Made by a program: the position numbers and the translations under genes. Shown piece after piece: positions 1-13,413 of a DNA stretch of 64,000 bases. The number at the start of each line of letters is the position of its first letter. Position 1 is the stretch's first letter. Source of the stretch: Fimbriosthenelais zetlandica (Eukaryota); NCBI GenBank assembly GCA_977030845.1, contig OZ365110.1:43028001-43092000 (forward strand), read 5' to 3'. The notes under the pieces were generated by a model. That model searched no databases. It was not told the origin of the DNA and saw only the letters and a program-made list of their open reading frames with translations.

Positions 1-356
1 GGTTCGGCTTTGTTTTTGTCATTTCCTTTAAAAAGGCAGTTGGCTGAACGTTTTTCTGAATATTTCAAGGGCGCCTGACCTGCATGGCAATAGTCTGCGA
101 CCCTCGGAGGTGTTGTATGGGTGTTCGGGGTGTCTGGGTCGTGGGTGTTCTCCTTTGATTCTATATTAAGTCACAGTTGCACCTGATTCCTGATCTATAC
201 CTCCACCTGCTGCCCTTGGCTCATGAAGCAAATCCTCATTTCCACCCCACCCCCCCCCCCCCAGCCCCACCCCACACCCAGTCTCACTCGAAGCAAGAAC
301 AGCCCTGATGTTTATGATACGAGTGTTTTCTTATAAATAACCTCCTTTCATTTGTA

Positions 357-496
357 NNNNNNNNNNNNNNNNNNNNNNNNNNNNNNNNNNNNNNNNNNNN
401 NNNNNNNNNNNNNNNNNNNNNNNNNNNNNNNNNNNNNNNNNNNNNNNNNNNNNNNNNNNNNNNNNNNNNNNNNNNNNNNNNNNNNNNNNNNNNNNN
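357..496. other. Assembly gap (140 N)
   Basis: Run of N from 357 to 496; the ORF called at 352-546 is an artefact of it. Confidence 0.99.
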
Positions 497-1832
497 TTCG
501 AGTAGAGGATTATTGTGACCTATTGAAAGGCATTAAAACAATGTAATGTGAGAGATTGACGGCGCATTCAGTGAGAGGGCTGGCCTAGAGAGGAGTTGGG
601 TGGGGGAAAATGAATCGCTCCATTTAGCTCAAATGGGCTCATTCGTCCATCCTGTGCACTTTTCATCATTTATTCAAAAGGTTTGCAGGCTAGCACTGTA
701 AACATAAAATGGTAATGTTCCTAAATACATACGTGACGCATTCCTCAATCAACCCTTCAAACATCAAAGGGTAGCCTATACAGCGCATTCATACTCATCA
801 AATTGCATCTATTTTTTCTTGTTGAAAATTTAAACTGCCGTTGTATATGAGCAACGAGTGTGAGCAGAATATTATGCACAAAGGTGTTATGTATTTGAAA
901 TGTGTAGACCTACTGTAGACCCACTGGTCGCCGTCTCTTTGAAAGGTCTCCGTAATATAGACTTGTGGGACGCCCCGTTGAAAACGCCAGTATGTATAAT
1001 AAATGAGGACATGGGCCTGGCGTGGGTGAATAATGAACAAGTCACAACTGATCAATGCCAAAATGGCAAGTATGAAGATGTGCCAGCTACTTACATAGCA
1101 GCTTAGCAAAATATACAGCCGTCTATAAACTTACAATTGCACCAAATAAGTAGGTTTTAATTCTTATTTTTTTTCTATTAGTGAAGTTCTAATGTACATG
1201 TTCACCAGTGGTCTTTCATTTATGATCCTACTTAATATAACTAATGAATGAATTCCTGGGTAAATTATTAATGACTGAAATCAAGGTACCCATTAAGATG
1301 AAATAGAATAAAAATCAATAATTGGTGAGCAATTTAAAACCCTTGTCAAGTTGCACCTCATAGAGATGTACAGTTGAAATTAGGTCCTCCACAAAGTTCG
1401 CCTCTGTCGATCCTGTTTTTAGAGACAACACCCTATCTTTACCCTCTACACATCTCAATATCATTATCCACCTTCCAGACACCCCCAGCACACAGACACC
1501 CCTCCCTGTAATCCCTACCCCACCCCTACCCCCACCCCCACTCCCAACACCAACCCCCACACCCACACCACACCACACAAAGACGCCTCTTCATGCAACC
1601 ACCCAAACCTCGGGTTACCAACCAAGCTTTGGGCCGATCAACCCCCACCCACCCACCCATACAACCCCCTACTTTTTTAACAAACCTCCAGGGCGGAGCT
1701 GGCAATTATGACGTGTATGTACTGGATGACCCCATGCTCACCTGTCTGTGAGAGACTAAGGTGTCTGAGAGAGGAAGGTGGGGGAGCAGTGATGCTTACC
1801 TGCCGAGGACAATTCCACCCCTCCCCCTCTCT

Positions 1833-2036
1833 CTCTATCTCTCTCACTGAAAATATGGATACGTCAAATGATCGAAATTGCATCTCTCTCTCTCTCACTG
1901 ACAATATGGATACCTCAAAGACCGAAATTTCATCTCTATTTCTCTCACTGAAAATATGGATACTTCAAATGATCGAAATTGCATCTCTCTCTATCTCTCA
2001 CTGAAAATATGGATACTTTAAATGACCGAAATTTGA
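1833..2036. repeat. Minisatellite, four ~50-53 bp units with alternating A/B variants
   Basis: CTCACTGA(A/C)AATATGGATAC recurs at 1843, 1894, 1944 and 1997. Units 1 and 3 end TGATCGAAATTGCAT; units 2 and 4 end GACCGAAATTT. Confidence 0.92.
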
Positions 2037-2532
2037 TTTTTACAAATTGTCTTATGAAATGAATAATTTCGTATTTCATTAATAATTAGACTGATTGCAT
2101 AACAAATAAATATAGTACTCTTCAATCGGGTTATTCCTGTCAGAATACTTATTTAGCTTACCAAAAGTGTGTCCTTAATTTGCTAGCATACATGAGGAAG
2201 AGCTCTAATTTTGACACAGTTTAAAGTTGTCATTCTGACCACCCGTTGCACTCCTTGTGTTTTCAGTGATATGATCCATTCATAACGACTGCTTTCATTC
2301 TATTCTTCTCCCAGACATACTATGTGCGTTTACAGGTGCATAGATCTGCTTATACCACACCCAGAGAGAATAAAGCATTATATATGTGAGTAATTCTTGC
2401 CACAATCGATCATAAATGGTAAAAAGATGATACCCAGGTATGACACCTTAGTGCTGGAGGTACTGAAAGGAGCACATGCGCAATATGCCAATTCAAATAT
2501 TCAGATTTGTGATCAAAACTATCTAAGATTTA

Positions 2533-2733
2533 AGCCGGGACTCCACTGCTGCGATTTTGTTTGCGACACGTCTGCGACAAAGGTGATGCTTGTGATTCAA
2601 TGATTTACCATTGGAGGACGGCGCCTTGGACACTTGAACCACAATTTATAAATTTTATTCTTACACAACTTTACATGCATCACGTTTGTCGCAGTAGTGT
2701 CGCAAGCAAAATCGCAGCAGTGGAGTCCCGGCT
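2533..2733. mobile_element. MITE (non-autonomous DNA transposon), probably PIF/Harbinger type
   Basis: Imperfect terminal inverted repeats of ~60 bp: AGCCGGGACTCCACTGCTGCGATTTTG... on the left and ...CAAAATCGCAGCAGTGGAGTCCCGGCT on the right. Flanked by TTA at 2530-2532 and 2734-2736; a TTA/TAA target duplication is typical of PIF/Harbinger. Confidence 0.8.
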
Positions 2734-5700
2734 TTACAAACAATTCTATGAGATGTAAAACATCATGACTCAACACTACATGTAATGACATTTCTTGATA
2801 TTTTAAAGAAATTCATGAAACATTGCATAGTTTTGAATCAGAAAATTCTAGGTGTTGATTTTTATAGAGATTGTACTGGCCTTCTATTGAATACTGATCA
2901 TGCTGCATGGGAGGCATGGCAAGGTGGTCAGTCGAAGTACCCACAAAGGTTACTTCAATATTGGCTCAGTTGTGTATGACACTCATTATAGACCACATTC
3001 TGACATCTACACGAGCCCTGCAGCACTCTGCCTACTCTGTGATGTATGAAGAAAAGATGGACTTCAGCACAGGTTCCAATATTAGCCACCTCCCACCCCC
3101 CGCCCCCCAACCCAAGCCCACACGTCTTCATAAAGTCTTAAAACAGTTCCAGCCAGGGCCCAACACGCCCGCCAGGACTGGGGCATTCCGGTCACAACCT
3201 CTCCACCCATATTAGGCCTCTTACTCTTGCCACATCATTACATAAATTACTCAAAATCCAAGTTGCTACTTGAGGTCATCTCTGCTCTGTTCCGTGCTTG
3301 GAAAGCCTCAAAGCAAACTAGTATAGGCCTATACTACATTTGTATACTTACTAGACTTGTGATTCCTTAATGGGTTAATAATTAAATTGTTACATTAGGC
3401 CTATAGAGTTGAATGAAACTATAGCAATTCAAGAATAGAAGCCTATAGTAAAATGGAACGATTTGGTTTCTTAATGCCATTTCGTTACGAATATTGGTCA
3501 GTATAATAAATTCCATTCCATGTCCAATCGTGTATCTCGTTCCGAAATTGCGAGCTGAACACAAACCGATCTAGATTAATCGTTGATGGGGTAGGAACTG
3601 TTTGGTGTCTTTTTACAAATTTATGCTTAATTTTCAGGTGTCGTAATCTATTTGCGCTGTGGGCGGCCGATCATGATTGCTGTGGTGTTGGGTTTCTCCT
3701 GCTGCCAACCCCCATCATTGTATACTACTCACAAGCCCTCCCTGCCAACCCCTAGACACGTCCCCAAACTTGTGTGTTTACAGTTACAGATCTGTGCCCC
3801 TTTTGTGTTAAACTATATACAGCTCTCGTAATAATGACCCCAAAGGTATCTGGTACCCTGAAATAATAGACCAATTCAACACTGAAAAAGAAAATTTAGG
3901 GGAGATGCAATCAACAATTTTTTTGAAAATAAATGCTGGTCTACAAAAGTCCTATGTTTGTCATCAGTTTCAGCGGTCATTCGGTGTATACGTAGAGTGT
4001 ATATATATTACCTTTTACTATATTTAAACATCAGCTTATAATTATCTTATATGGGGTGCTTTCATCTATATCCACTTTTTATCCTGCACATTTTATTGAT
4101 GCCTGCACTACGTCTCAAGTAATGGAGCCAGAAAAATTAAAGCTAATATCTTAAGTGATCTACTGATGTCTTGTACCTATAGCAGATTGCCATAGCTTGT
4201 TGGATAAAGTGTCGATACATAATGTAGATATCATTGCACTTACTTGTAGAGGAAAACAAGGAATATGGCCAATTCACATGAAAGAACCTCATAGGCCCAT
4301 TGTTAAGGCAAAGGGAAATATTTGATGATTAAATGGTGGTATGTATCAAAGACTAGCCGGCTTCCCTGCTAGTCTGTGAGAGCGGAGTGAGTGGGTGGGA
4401 GGTATAGAGGCGGACATAGAGAGGGTAATTACCCTCGTGTGGTTGGTAATACCCAGAGCACGAACCCATCTTAACCTCCCTGATATAACCTAAAGTGCAG
4501 GGTTCTGAGGCTGCCATGAACCCTGATATCAGGGGCCAATTTCATAAGACTATGGCTAATTACTATACATGTATTCTTTCTGTAACCGACCCCACTGTTT
4601 GATGCTAATAAGTGGTATTCTTTAATATCCTAAGACATCAGGAGTCATCTACCAGAGTAAATTATATGCCAGTTGTTAATTAGAAATTAATATATTACAC
4701 ATAGAAAATATTGCATGGATTCATTAAATGGGGGAAATGTATAGTTTCAATTAAGCAGAGTATCTATACTATCCCTTGAGGTAGTATAATATTATACACC
4801 TGAATGAGACTGACTGCAGTTCAATACGATCAGAAGCCAACTTAAGACGTGAAAACATACTTATTAACCTTTCAAAAGGCCTTGTGTTGTTGAGACCACA
4901 GCCACGGCTTCAGACACCAACTCACTCGCTGCATTACCTTAGACGCGCGCGAATGCCTCTAAACTTTTGTGTTTAGGCGTGGCCCCTTGCCACCCTATCT
5001 ATTATTCAACATATATAGATCAGTTCTTGGGGCAGGAGGTATTCAATCGGGTTGTGTGTCTGCTTTCTTGTTTTTGCCAACCAAAATGGAGGCGTAGCTC
5101 TGCTAGGGCTGGGATGGCATGCGCGTCTCGTGGGCTAGTCAACCGGAAGTGTTCCCCTGAGGACAAGATGGATGTCCTCAAGCGGGGAGCTAATCGCCAG
5201 GGAGGTCACACAATGCACACCCTTAGTACAGCAAGGACATGCTCTCTTCAAAGTACTGTCTAATCTCAATATCTATGGATGATGCTTACAGAAAATAATC
5301 CGTTTTTATGAAAATTGTTCAAGCCGGATAGGCTAAAGAATTATGGGGATGATTCCAGTAAACACCAAAATATAATGGTAAGAAGGCGTACTGATTCCTT
5401 GGATTTCGGACCCTCCTGCAGTCTATAGACTGAAGCCATATTTGCCATATGTTACCATTGTTATATCTTTTCACTTCCATTGTGTTTTCTACGACACCTT
5501 ATTGCATGGGAAGTCTATACATGCCGATAATAACTATTCTGTGTAAAATCAGCGACAACATTGATCATTTGTCTTTGTCTATAGTTTTTATCTCCAACTG
5601 CCTAATAGAGATGAATGTCAGGTAAATGATTTTTAGTAGGGCCTTATACCGACACTCTGAAGAGAGGCACCTGAACAATCCCAACGTGTTGTTACGGTAA

Positions 5701-8700
5701 TTACCGCACAATCCGATTACATACACCAAGCCTGGCAGCGCCAAGGGATTTTCTGTGGAGAAATTCAAGCACCAGCTAGTGACTTGAGCTACATAAAATA
5801 ATCATATATTGAACCCCATTAGTCTGCATCTCATACCTTTATGGGGGAAAATTGAACATTTAACAGACCATTCTAAGAATTTGCATGAAGTGAATAAAAA
5901 ATTAGGACGGCTTATTTTGTGCTAAAGCATGTGGCTTATGGAGGTAATAAAGGGGAAATGTTGGACGTGCGCTGACTCGGTGACATAAACGAGAGAGAGT
6001 AGAATGAGTAATTTTCTTGTATTATGACAAAATGACACATAAAGGGCTTGGAGAGTGGTCCCTTAATGCCCATATGAGAATGGAACTGATGGTAATTACT
6101 TCCTCGTCATTCTCCAGTCGTCGAAAACTCTAATTAGGCAGGACATGATTACATAAACTATAACCAGGCCTTGGTATAATGATTCTCCACATATCTCAAA
6201 GCAACTCCTTCATTTGTGGTTCTCTTCTCCACCCTGTTCTTTCCCTATCAGCAATCACCTGCCTTTTTCTTGAACCATTTCTGAAGTGGAATCGTTCCTT
6301 AATTATTATTTAACCAATATTAAAGTAGAATTAATGTAAGCTAAGCACTGTGTGTGCAGGATCTGAAATCTGACAACTTAAAAGGTCATCTCTTTTATTC
6401 AGTTTTACGAATCAATCACGCCGCCAAAAGATTGCAGTCTCATGCGAAATTCAAATTGGGGACGAGTCTCTTGAATGTCTTAACAATATTATCTTATTCT
6501 TTAACCTTCCACTATTGATCCGCTCCATCATGGAAGATGGTGGAGTTCTGGGACAGGCTACATCCATATTATTCATGACTGCATCATTCTCACCAAAATA
6601 ATGAATCCAGAATCCATGAGCTGGAGTCACCAATGAACCCATTCTATTTCCATGCCTCAACCTGTATTTGGATTAGGATGTGGGTGTAATTGCATCATCT
6701 CCATCTGAGCTTTTTCCCCAGTCCTGTTACCTCCTATCTTTTTTCATCCATGGAATCAATTTGCTTGTTTCGAAACTTTGCGTGAGGTATTCTTCTTTCA
6801 TTGTGGGGTTTTTTGAGTTGCTGGGGATGGTTTTGGTGGCTTTGGTCGGCTCTATTTTTGTTTTTTACAGCATGATGCTAGGTTGACAATCAGAGGTCCA
6901 CGTGTCGTATTTGATGGTGACACCTCCTAACCTAGTTTCCTTCATTCTAGCTGGTTTGTGTTTTTAGCCAGGGGCGCAGAAGGCATCTGTCACCTCTCGC
7001 ACCTCGGCACGTGGTGGACTGGGTGGAGCAGGTTGTGCGGTCTTCCTCTATTGTCCCACCTCCATCCACGTCTAGACCACTGAATGGTTAATACACCCGT
7101 CATGGTCCATTAACCCCATCAGGTGGATGAAAATAGGATATTTAGCATTAATATTACAGATGCGCCTCGTATAGCGACTAGCTCAGTATACCGACCATCT
7201 CGTATTACGTCCATTGACGGTAACATTTCGACTGGTCCTTATGACCAATACACCCACGAGTGGTTACCTATAATAATTTATTTTGTATAATTGTATATTG
7301 TAAAATCCATTGTGCTCCAAAAGATGATGATTAGTGAAAAATTAACGACTGAGTATGACCTTCGGGCGCAGGTATTACTTTAAGATGTTTTCAGTTTACA
7401 ATGTGTAAAGTACATCTTGCTGGCCGTAAAGGTTACTTCGTGATTACTTCTTGACATTTCAATCTGTGCATGCACCCTCAATATCTCATACTTTTTTTTT
7501 ATTACGGTTACCTTTATCCTCTCAAAAATAATTGCAGTTTTGCGATTTTCCATTGTTTTCAGCTCCATGAGGCGAAAGGACACTCATGAGAAGTAAAATT
7601 GTTATCAAAAGATGGGAATGTCCGTTATTATGTAAAGGTATATACTCTAACATGCAAAATAGACCCGTGAAACACAAAATAAAACCCCTTAAGGCACCTA
7701 TATAGGTGTTCATGACTGCACAGATGTCGCCGAGCTATACTTTGATGCAATTATGGACAACTGAATGGGCATGGTGTAAAACAGGGAACCCCACATTACA
7801 ATACAACCTCTGTAATGAAGGCTTACGTATTGTCTGGGTATCAGTAGCTGGGTGTCATGTGAAAGACTATTATGCAAGTAGTAGAAGGAAATTCCGGTTT
7901 TCATCAGGCGATTCTGACAGGCAAATTAGATCTGGCTTTGGCCATGTGACTGTACAGTGTCAAAGCTAGGCCTTCCCGGTGATCGATCCACCTAATACGT
8001 CAACCTCCAAACTCATTTTGGCGCACATTTTTGAATTTACCCATCAAATGGTTTTCCATTTTATGAATATCAAGTACGCCAGCGATCCATTTATTTTGCC
8101 TGATTAGAATTTTCATTCAGTATTTACATAAAATCCATGTTATGGAGGAGGGAATAATGTGATTTTGATCGATATAAAAAATGGTGCTTTTTTGTTCATT
8201 CCTCCGAGCAAAGCCTATGTATAAGTATGTTGGCATAGTTTACACGCACCCCATATCAAATAGAGTCGAAATGTAACTTTGCACTGTCAAACGCCGTACA
8301 ATCAAAGCATAAAAGTCTTTATATTGAAAATAGCAAGGGACAATCTCACAGAAAATGATCGAAATCAAACTGAGACCTGTTATTCAACCACATGAAATTG
8401 TCATTGATTTTAAAGAGAATACATCAGTGGAGGAAATAATGTGAAAATCGATCGGGAACCGAAGCGAAAGGTCTATTCAATGTAAACGTAATGTATAATG
8501 AATGACAAAGACTGGCAGAGCCTTAGTTCAACGGGTACTCTCTAAGCAGGGAACAATTTTATCATATTCCCAGCGGAGAAAGGCCCCTCTGATAGAAGGC
8601 TGAGAGAGAAATTATCATACATTATCGCCGACAAAAGGCCTTCCGCCGTTTGGTCGACGGGAATAAAATTCCCCCCAACAAAAGACTAGGTCTGTGTTGG

Positions 8701-9599
8701 GTTCGCCAAATAATTCACCTGATTTAGATGGGCTGAACCACTTTCACGTGTCGAAGATAGTTTATCACTTTGAACCTGTACTTTCATGTGGGCGATAGTG
8801 GTATAGAAATAGGCTACAGCAGTAAAAATGTGACATTAATCTTCAGTCAGTTGTTCACAATGTGCGGGTATATAGGCTACCAATGTAGCAATATACCAAT
8901 ATCCCCAATGTAGGCCTAAATGATATAGAAGGTCATCACTTGGCATGCTTAATGTAACCTGTATTTGAATGGAGTATAGGTACAAACAAAACACCGTCAG
9001 TTTGGGTTGGGAGCAGTCATCAATTTCAAACAAGGCCTCAGGTATGACCTCTGTCAACACGATGCAGTATTAATGAATGTATAATGTACGATACTTTGTG
9101 ACCATAACAAAGGGTATTGAGAAATTATATTGAGGCAACTTTAAAATCAATTTTAGAATATTTTACACTATTTTTTCGATGTTAAATATTTCAGTCTGTA
9201 TGAAATTGGCTCAATGTTTTCCGACAGATGCAATAATTTCCGGCCGCCATAAAAAAGGTTTTACAAAACTCTTATGAATAAGATATATAGATAGAATTTA
9301 CTCACACCTATGTGTTAAAACAATAAAAGTCATTTTCCTTCTCTCTCTTTACGCTTCCTCCTCCTTGCTGTGTTCGCCTGAGGAGAGGACGGACCAGAGC
9401 AGCTGGCCCCGTTTCACGCATCTCATGGCCATTGACATGCATGCAATCAGAGTGAGCAACAATCCCACCAGGCTTGAGCCAACTCAGCCCCAGGCGAGGT
9501 GCACGGTGGCCACGCGCATGGTGTCAGCATCATGGCTAGACCCGTTACATCATCAATTGTCATGCGTTTCATTATTTGCATCAGATGGGAGCGAGGTGA

Positions 9600-9985
9600 C
9601 GTGGGAGCGAAAGGGGGAAGTGGAAGGAGTGGAAGGAAAACAAGGGGGGATTGAGGGACTCAAGGGGGAGTAAGGGGGGTGGGGGTGGCGGGAGGCAAAG
9701 GGCAAAAAGAGAGGATAGGGACAGGGAAAAAGAATGAAGGGAATGACAAAGGAATAGAAAATGAAATGAATTATTGAGAGGGAACTGTTGAATTTCAGGG
9801 ATGAAGGGTTAGATAGGGTAAAGAGGGAATGGAAATAAGTGAAATAGAGTGTGGAGAAGAAAAAGAAATAAAATAAGAATATAAAATAAGATGACAAGTG
9901 GAAAATCGGCAGAATGTGAAAAATTAGCATTGGGAAAAGCGAAGGAGACGTGGAGTGTGGGAGACAATTGAAAACCAAAGAGATG

Positions 9986-10034
<49 letters not shown>

Positions 10035-10170
10035 GATATAGAGAGAGCTAGAGAGAGAAAGAGAGCAGAGAGGAAAAGAAGAAGAGGACGAAATGTGAAG
10101 ATAAAGGGGAGATGGGAAATAGAAATGGAGTAGAGTGGTTGAGCCAGAAGGGAGAGAGTGGGAGAGCCTA
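9600..10170. repeat. Purine-rich low-complexity tract with (AG)n microsatellite at 9991-10024
   Basis: Near-continuous G/A-rich sequence; the overlapping minus-strand L/S/F-rich ORFs are compositional artefacts. Confidence 0.9.
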
Positions 10171-11485
10171 TATAGGTAAGCAAGCACAGCTTGATTTTCT
10201 CATCATAACGTAAGATTTATAGATCAAATGTCATGGAGAACACGCATCCTGTATAGATTGTACCCATGCTCTTTATCGCTGGATGTGCTTCTGACTTTCA
10301 CAGAGGAAACTCCCTGAATCTAAACAGATCGATAACACACCCCATAATTTTCATATTAGACCGCAGTATTTAATAAAGTACCAGAGGAAGATATTGCCCT
10401 TTTGGAGCGGCCTATCCCAAAAAGCAATGCTATTTCAGTTCTTTTCCGTAAATGCAATGCTCATCCAGATTTGGCTCATGCAATGCCTGTGCAATGCCAC
10501 TCTTTTTATGTACTACTGCATTTCTATGCCCGCTGGTTTTTCCATAAGTATGGGTGAAATACTCATTCAATTCATTTTTGTTTGTCATGTGTTTGTAATC
10601 TAATTTAAAATTGTTGCTGAATATATAGCGGGCATATTATGCAGTCAGTAAAACAGGCTAGCTTATATACATGAGCTTTTTGTTGTACTAATTGATATCG
10701 CCCAAGTACATACGATACAAAAGCAATCTGTATATGCGAGACAAAAATATAAAAGGGCAACGGTTTTTAAATGTATCACCAGCAATGTACATGCACATTG
10801 CTCCTATGGGTAGAAAAGGCAAACGTAAAGAAGGCTGTTTAAAATATTTAAATGTAATATTTCCTTCGCCATGAGACTGTTCCTCAGGGAGGAGAATGGC
10901 TGCTGGCTATATCTCCACTGTTTGTAATGCTTTATGAGCCTCTGACATACGGCCACTGCCTCGCTTCTTTCCTCTCACTACTTCCTTCTCTGTAATATGG
11001 CAAAAACTGTGTCGTAGAACTTGGGGTAATTGAGATTAATTTCAAGGAAATGTATTTGTCAAGCTAATACCTTTAGACAGGCTTGAATACATAGCAGGTG
11101 TGTGAAATGGATATGAGGACAATCCCAGTTACCTGCAGGGAAAGAGCAAGGACTTTAGATGGGGATTTGACTTAATGCAGGTGGGTTTTTATTTCACATT
11201 ATTATGACCTATAAGGTTTATTAAAATGTTTAAGCCAGAATGGCTTCATTTTACCTCTCTTTAGGAAGCCATTAGAAACCTAGAGAAGCATATGAAAAGG
11301 ATCGGGTGCTCATATTCCTTACACCAAAAGGTCGAAGCAAATTGTAAAGACCTTTATCTTTTTCTGACGAGAAGATATCAAATGCTTGTCCTAAATGATC
11401 ATGGGCCAGTCTCGATGATGAGGCTTTTTATGTCACGGTGGCAAGGTTATTGATATGAATCCACGGATCGTGTGACCAACATAAC

Positions 11486-11502
11486 CTCTCTCTCTATCTC
11501 TC

Positions 11503-11554
<52 letters not shown>
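11486..11554. repeat. (CT)n microsatellite
   Basis: Direct inspection of the sequence. Confidence 0.97.
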
Positions 11555-11557
<3 letters not shown>

Positions 11558-13290
11558 ACATTCTATCTTTTGCTACAAGTAGGTGTACAGATATCACTGG
11601 GTCAAGTTGGAGCTCGTGTGTCCAATGGATGGGTGATGATTAAATTGAAACATGGAAAGGTCTATTTCATAACAAATTTCTGGTGAACCGAGCACATTCA
11701 GGTTCTCTATTTAATAAAAATAAGGCCAAGGGTATACATTTTCTTCTTATCCAGCAGACGAAAATTTGGCGTTCCTGATTTGCGATATCAACCTCTGATT
11801 GCATGATGCGTCAGAAGGAGCAACATTGAAATCAATTTGGAGATCGACCAATAGTCTACTGCAACGCGAGCCCCACTTAAAGGACCGTGAGATACAAACA
11901 GATGCCGCGTAATTCCTCTTGATTAAAAATTCCTGAACGTAGCTCGGTTATACCTTGATATTCAAGTGTTCCCATTGATATTACAGATATCATATTATAT
12001 CCTACATTATATCCTTTACTACCTATACATTCATGTATCAATCTCGTTTACTTATAGGTGACTTGTCCCTTTCAACCAGGTTATATAGATAGCCTTGCTG
12101 CCTTCATGCATTTTATGGAAATTAATCGCTGCTCTTGCATTTTCTGATCTTTGAGGCCTCTCGGGGTGCCTACATTAAGGGTCGTCTATCCCATGGAAAT
12201 AATCTCCTCACAATCAGTAAAGCCGGGTTAAGGACAAGAGAGAGGGGGTCGTAATGAGCGCATATCAATCAGGATGGATTTTCCCTGTCCAAATTTGTAT
12301 CATGATTAGCCTTCATGGTCGCCCTGTGTATAATAGCTGGGTGTGATGGCACCATAAACATTGATAGATGTTGCATGCATCTCTCTATCCATTCACACCC
12401 TTCACCATTTGGCCTTTTTGTGTCAGTCATCGTGGTGGTTTTCACCACTCCACCCTGCTTCTAATAAACACATATCGTTTGCGTCAAGCTTCTATACAAT
12501 GCCTCCTGATAAAGCATGTACATACATTAGACCGCGGCCTTTGTAATGATATTAGGTGTACACCACTTAAATGTTCCCCATCCCATGCACGCGTGCAGTC
12601 CGCGCCTATGCAATGGCGGAGGAGGGACACAATAAAAGCCCTTATAAATAATACTGATTGTCCAGGCGGTGCTGGACATTGGTCAGGGCTGTCCGGATTC
12701 TCAGCTGGACATCCATTGTGTTGTGTTAATCACGTACGGCTATGTCAAGGCCCTTCCAGTGTCCGGCATTTCCTCCTCCCGACCAGAGGACGTCATTGGC
12801 AAGGGGCAGTGATCGGTGTGCCCAGGGGACGATTGGTCTATGAATATTGATGAGAAATGACCAGTGTCAGAACGGGACAGCTGCAGATCCATCCAAATGC
12901 ACAGACGCCTTTACAATAGCAGGCTCTGACAAGACAATCAGGCAAAGGTTTGGTCAGTCAATGATCCCTTTATTGACAATTAAGCTTTTGTGCCCGACGA
13001 GTGTCCTTCTGCCTGCAGGGCCACATTTACTTAATCAACAATGAAATAAAGTCCATGAGTGCATGCATGGAGGGCCCCCGGGCCAGGACAATATTTAGAC
13101 ATTGGTAGGGAGAAGCCTAGGTTCTGAAATCTACCCAGTATTATGCAATGAGCATGGAAGGGAGTCAATTGCTCATTAAGCAAGCAAAGCAATGGACCGT
13201 ACTTGGTCTTTGACCAAAAGCAGTAACAATACAATGAGGCTGATTCACCCATGCATTTAACCCCTATACCCGCAATATTACATAGAAAAA

Positions 13291-13413
13291 TTCAGTTGGG
13301 TATTCAGTCAAAGGTAGTGTCCAATAATTTGTTCAGTTGGGTATTCAGTCAAAGGTAGTGTCCAATAATTTGTTCAGTTGGGTATTCAGTCAAAGGTAGT
13401 GTCCAATAATTTG
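13291..13413. repeat. Three perfect tandem copies of a 41-bp unit
   Basis: TTCAGTTGGGTATTCAGTCAAAGGTAGTGTCCAATAATTTG starts at 13291, 13332 and 13373 with no spacers. Confidence 0.97.

Noticed and set aside
7175-7240. TAGCTCAGT ... TTCGACT spacing suggestive of a tRNA or tRNA-derived SINE.
   Set aside because: The B-box is degenerate and no cloverleaf can be drawn.
12368-12850. 160-aa ORF (and the other long ORFs at 9553-9978, 21872-22363 and 57221-57673).
   Set aside because: No recognisable domain; they are low-complexity or chance frames with no supporting splice structure.
13291-13413. Repeats of 41 bp (also 51 and ~200 bp elsewhere) as possible CRISPR arrays.
   Set aside because: No unique spacers, no cas genes, and a eukaryotic context; they are simple tandem repeats.
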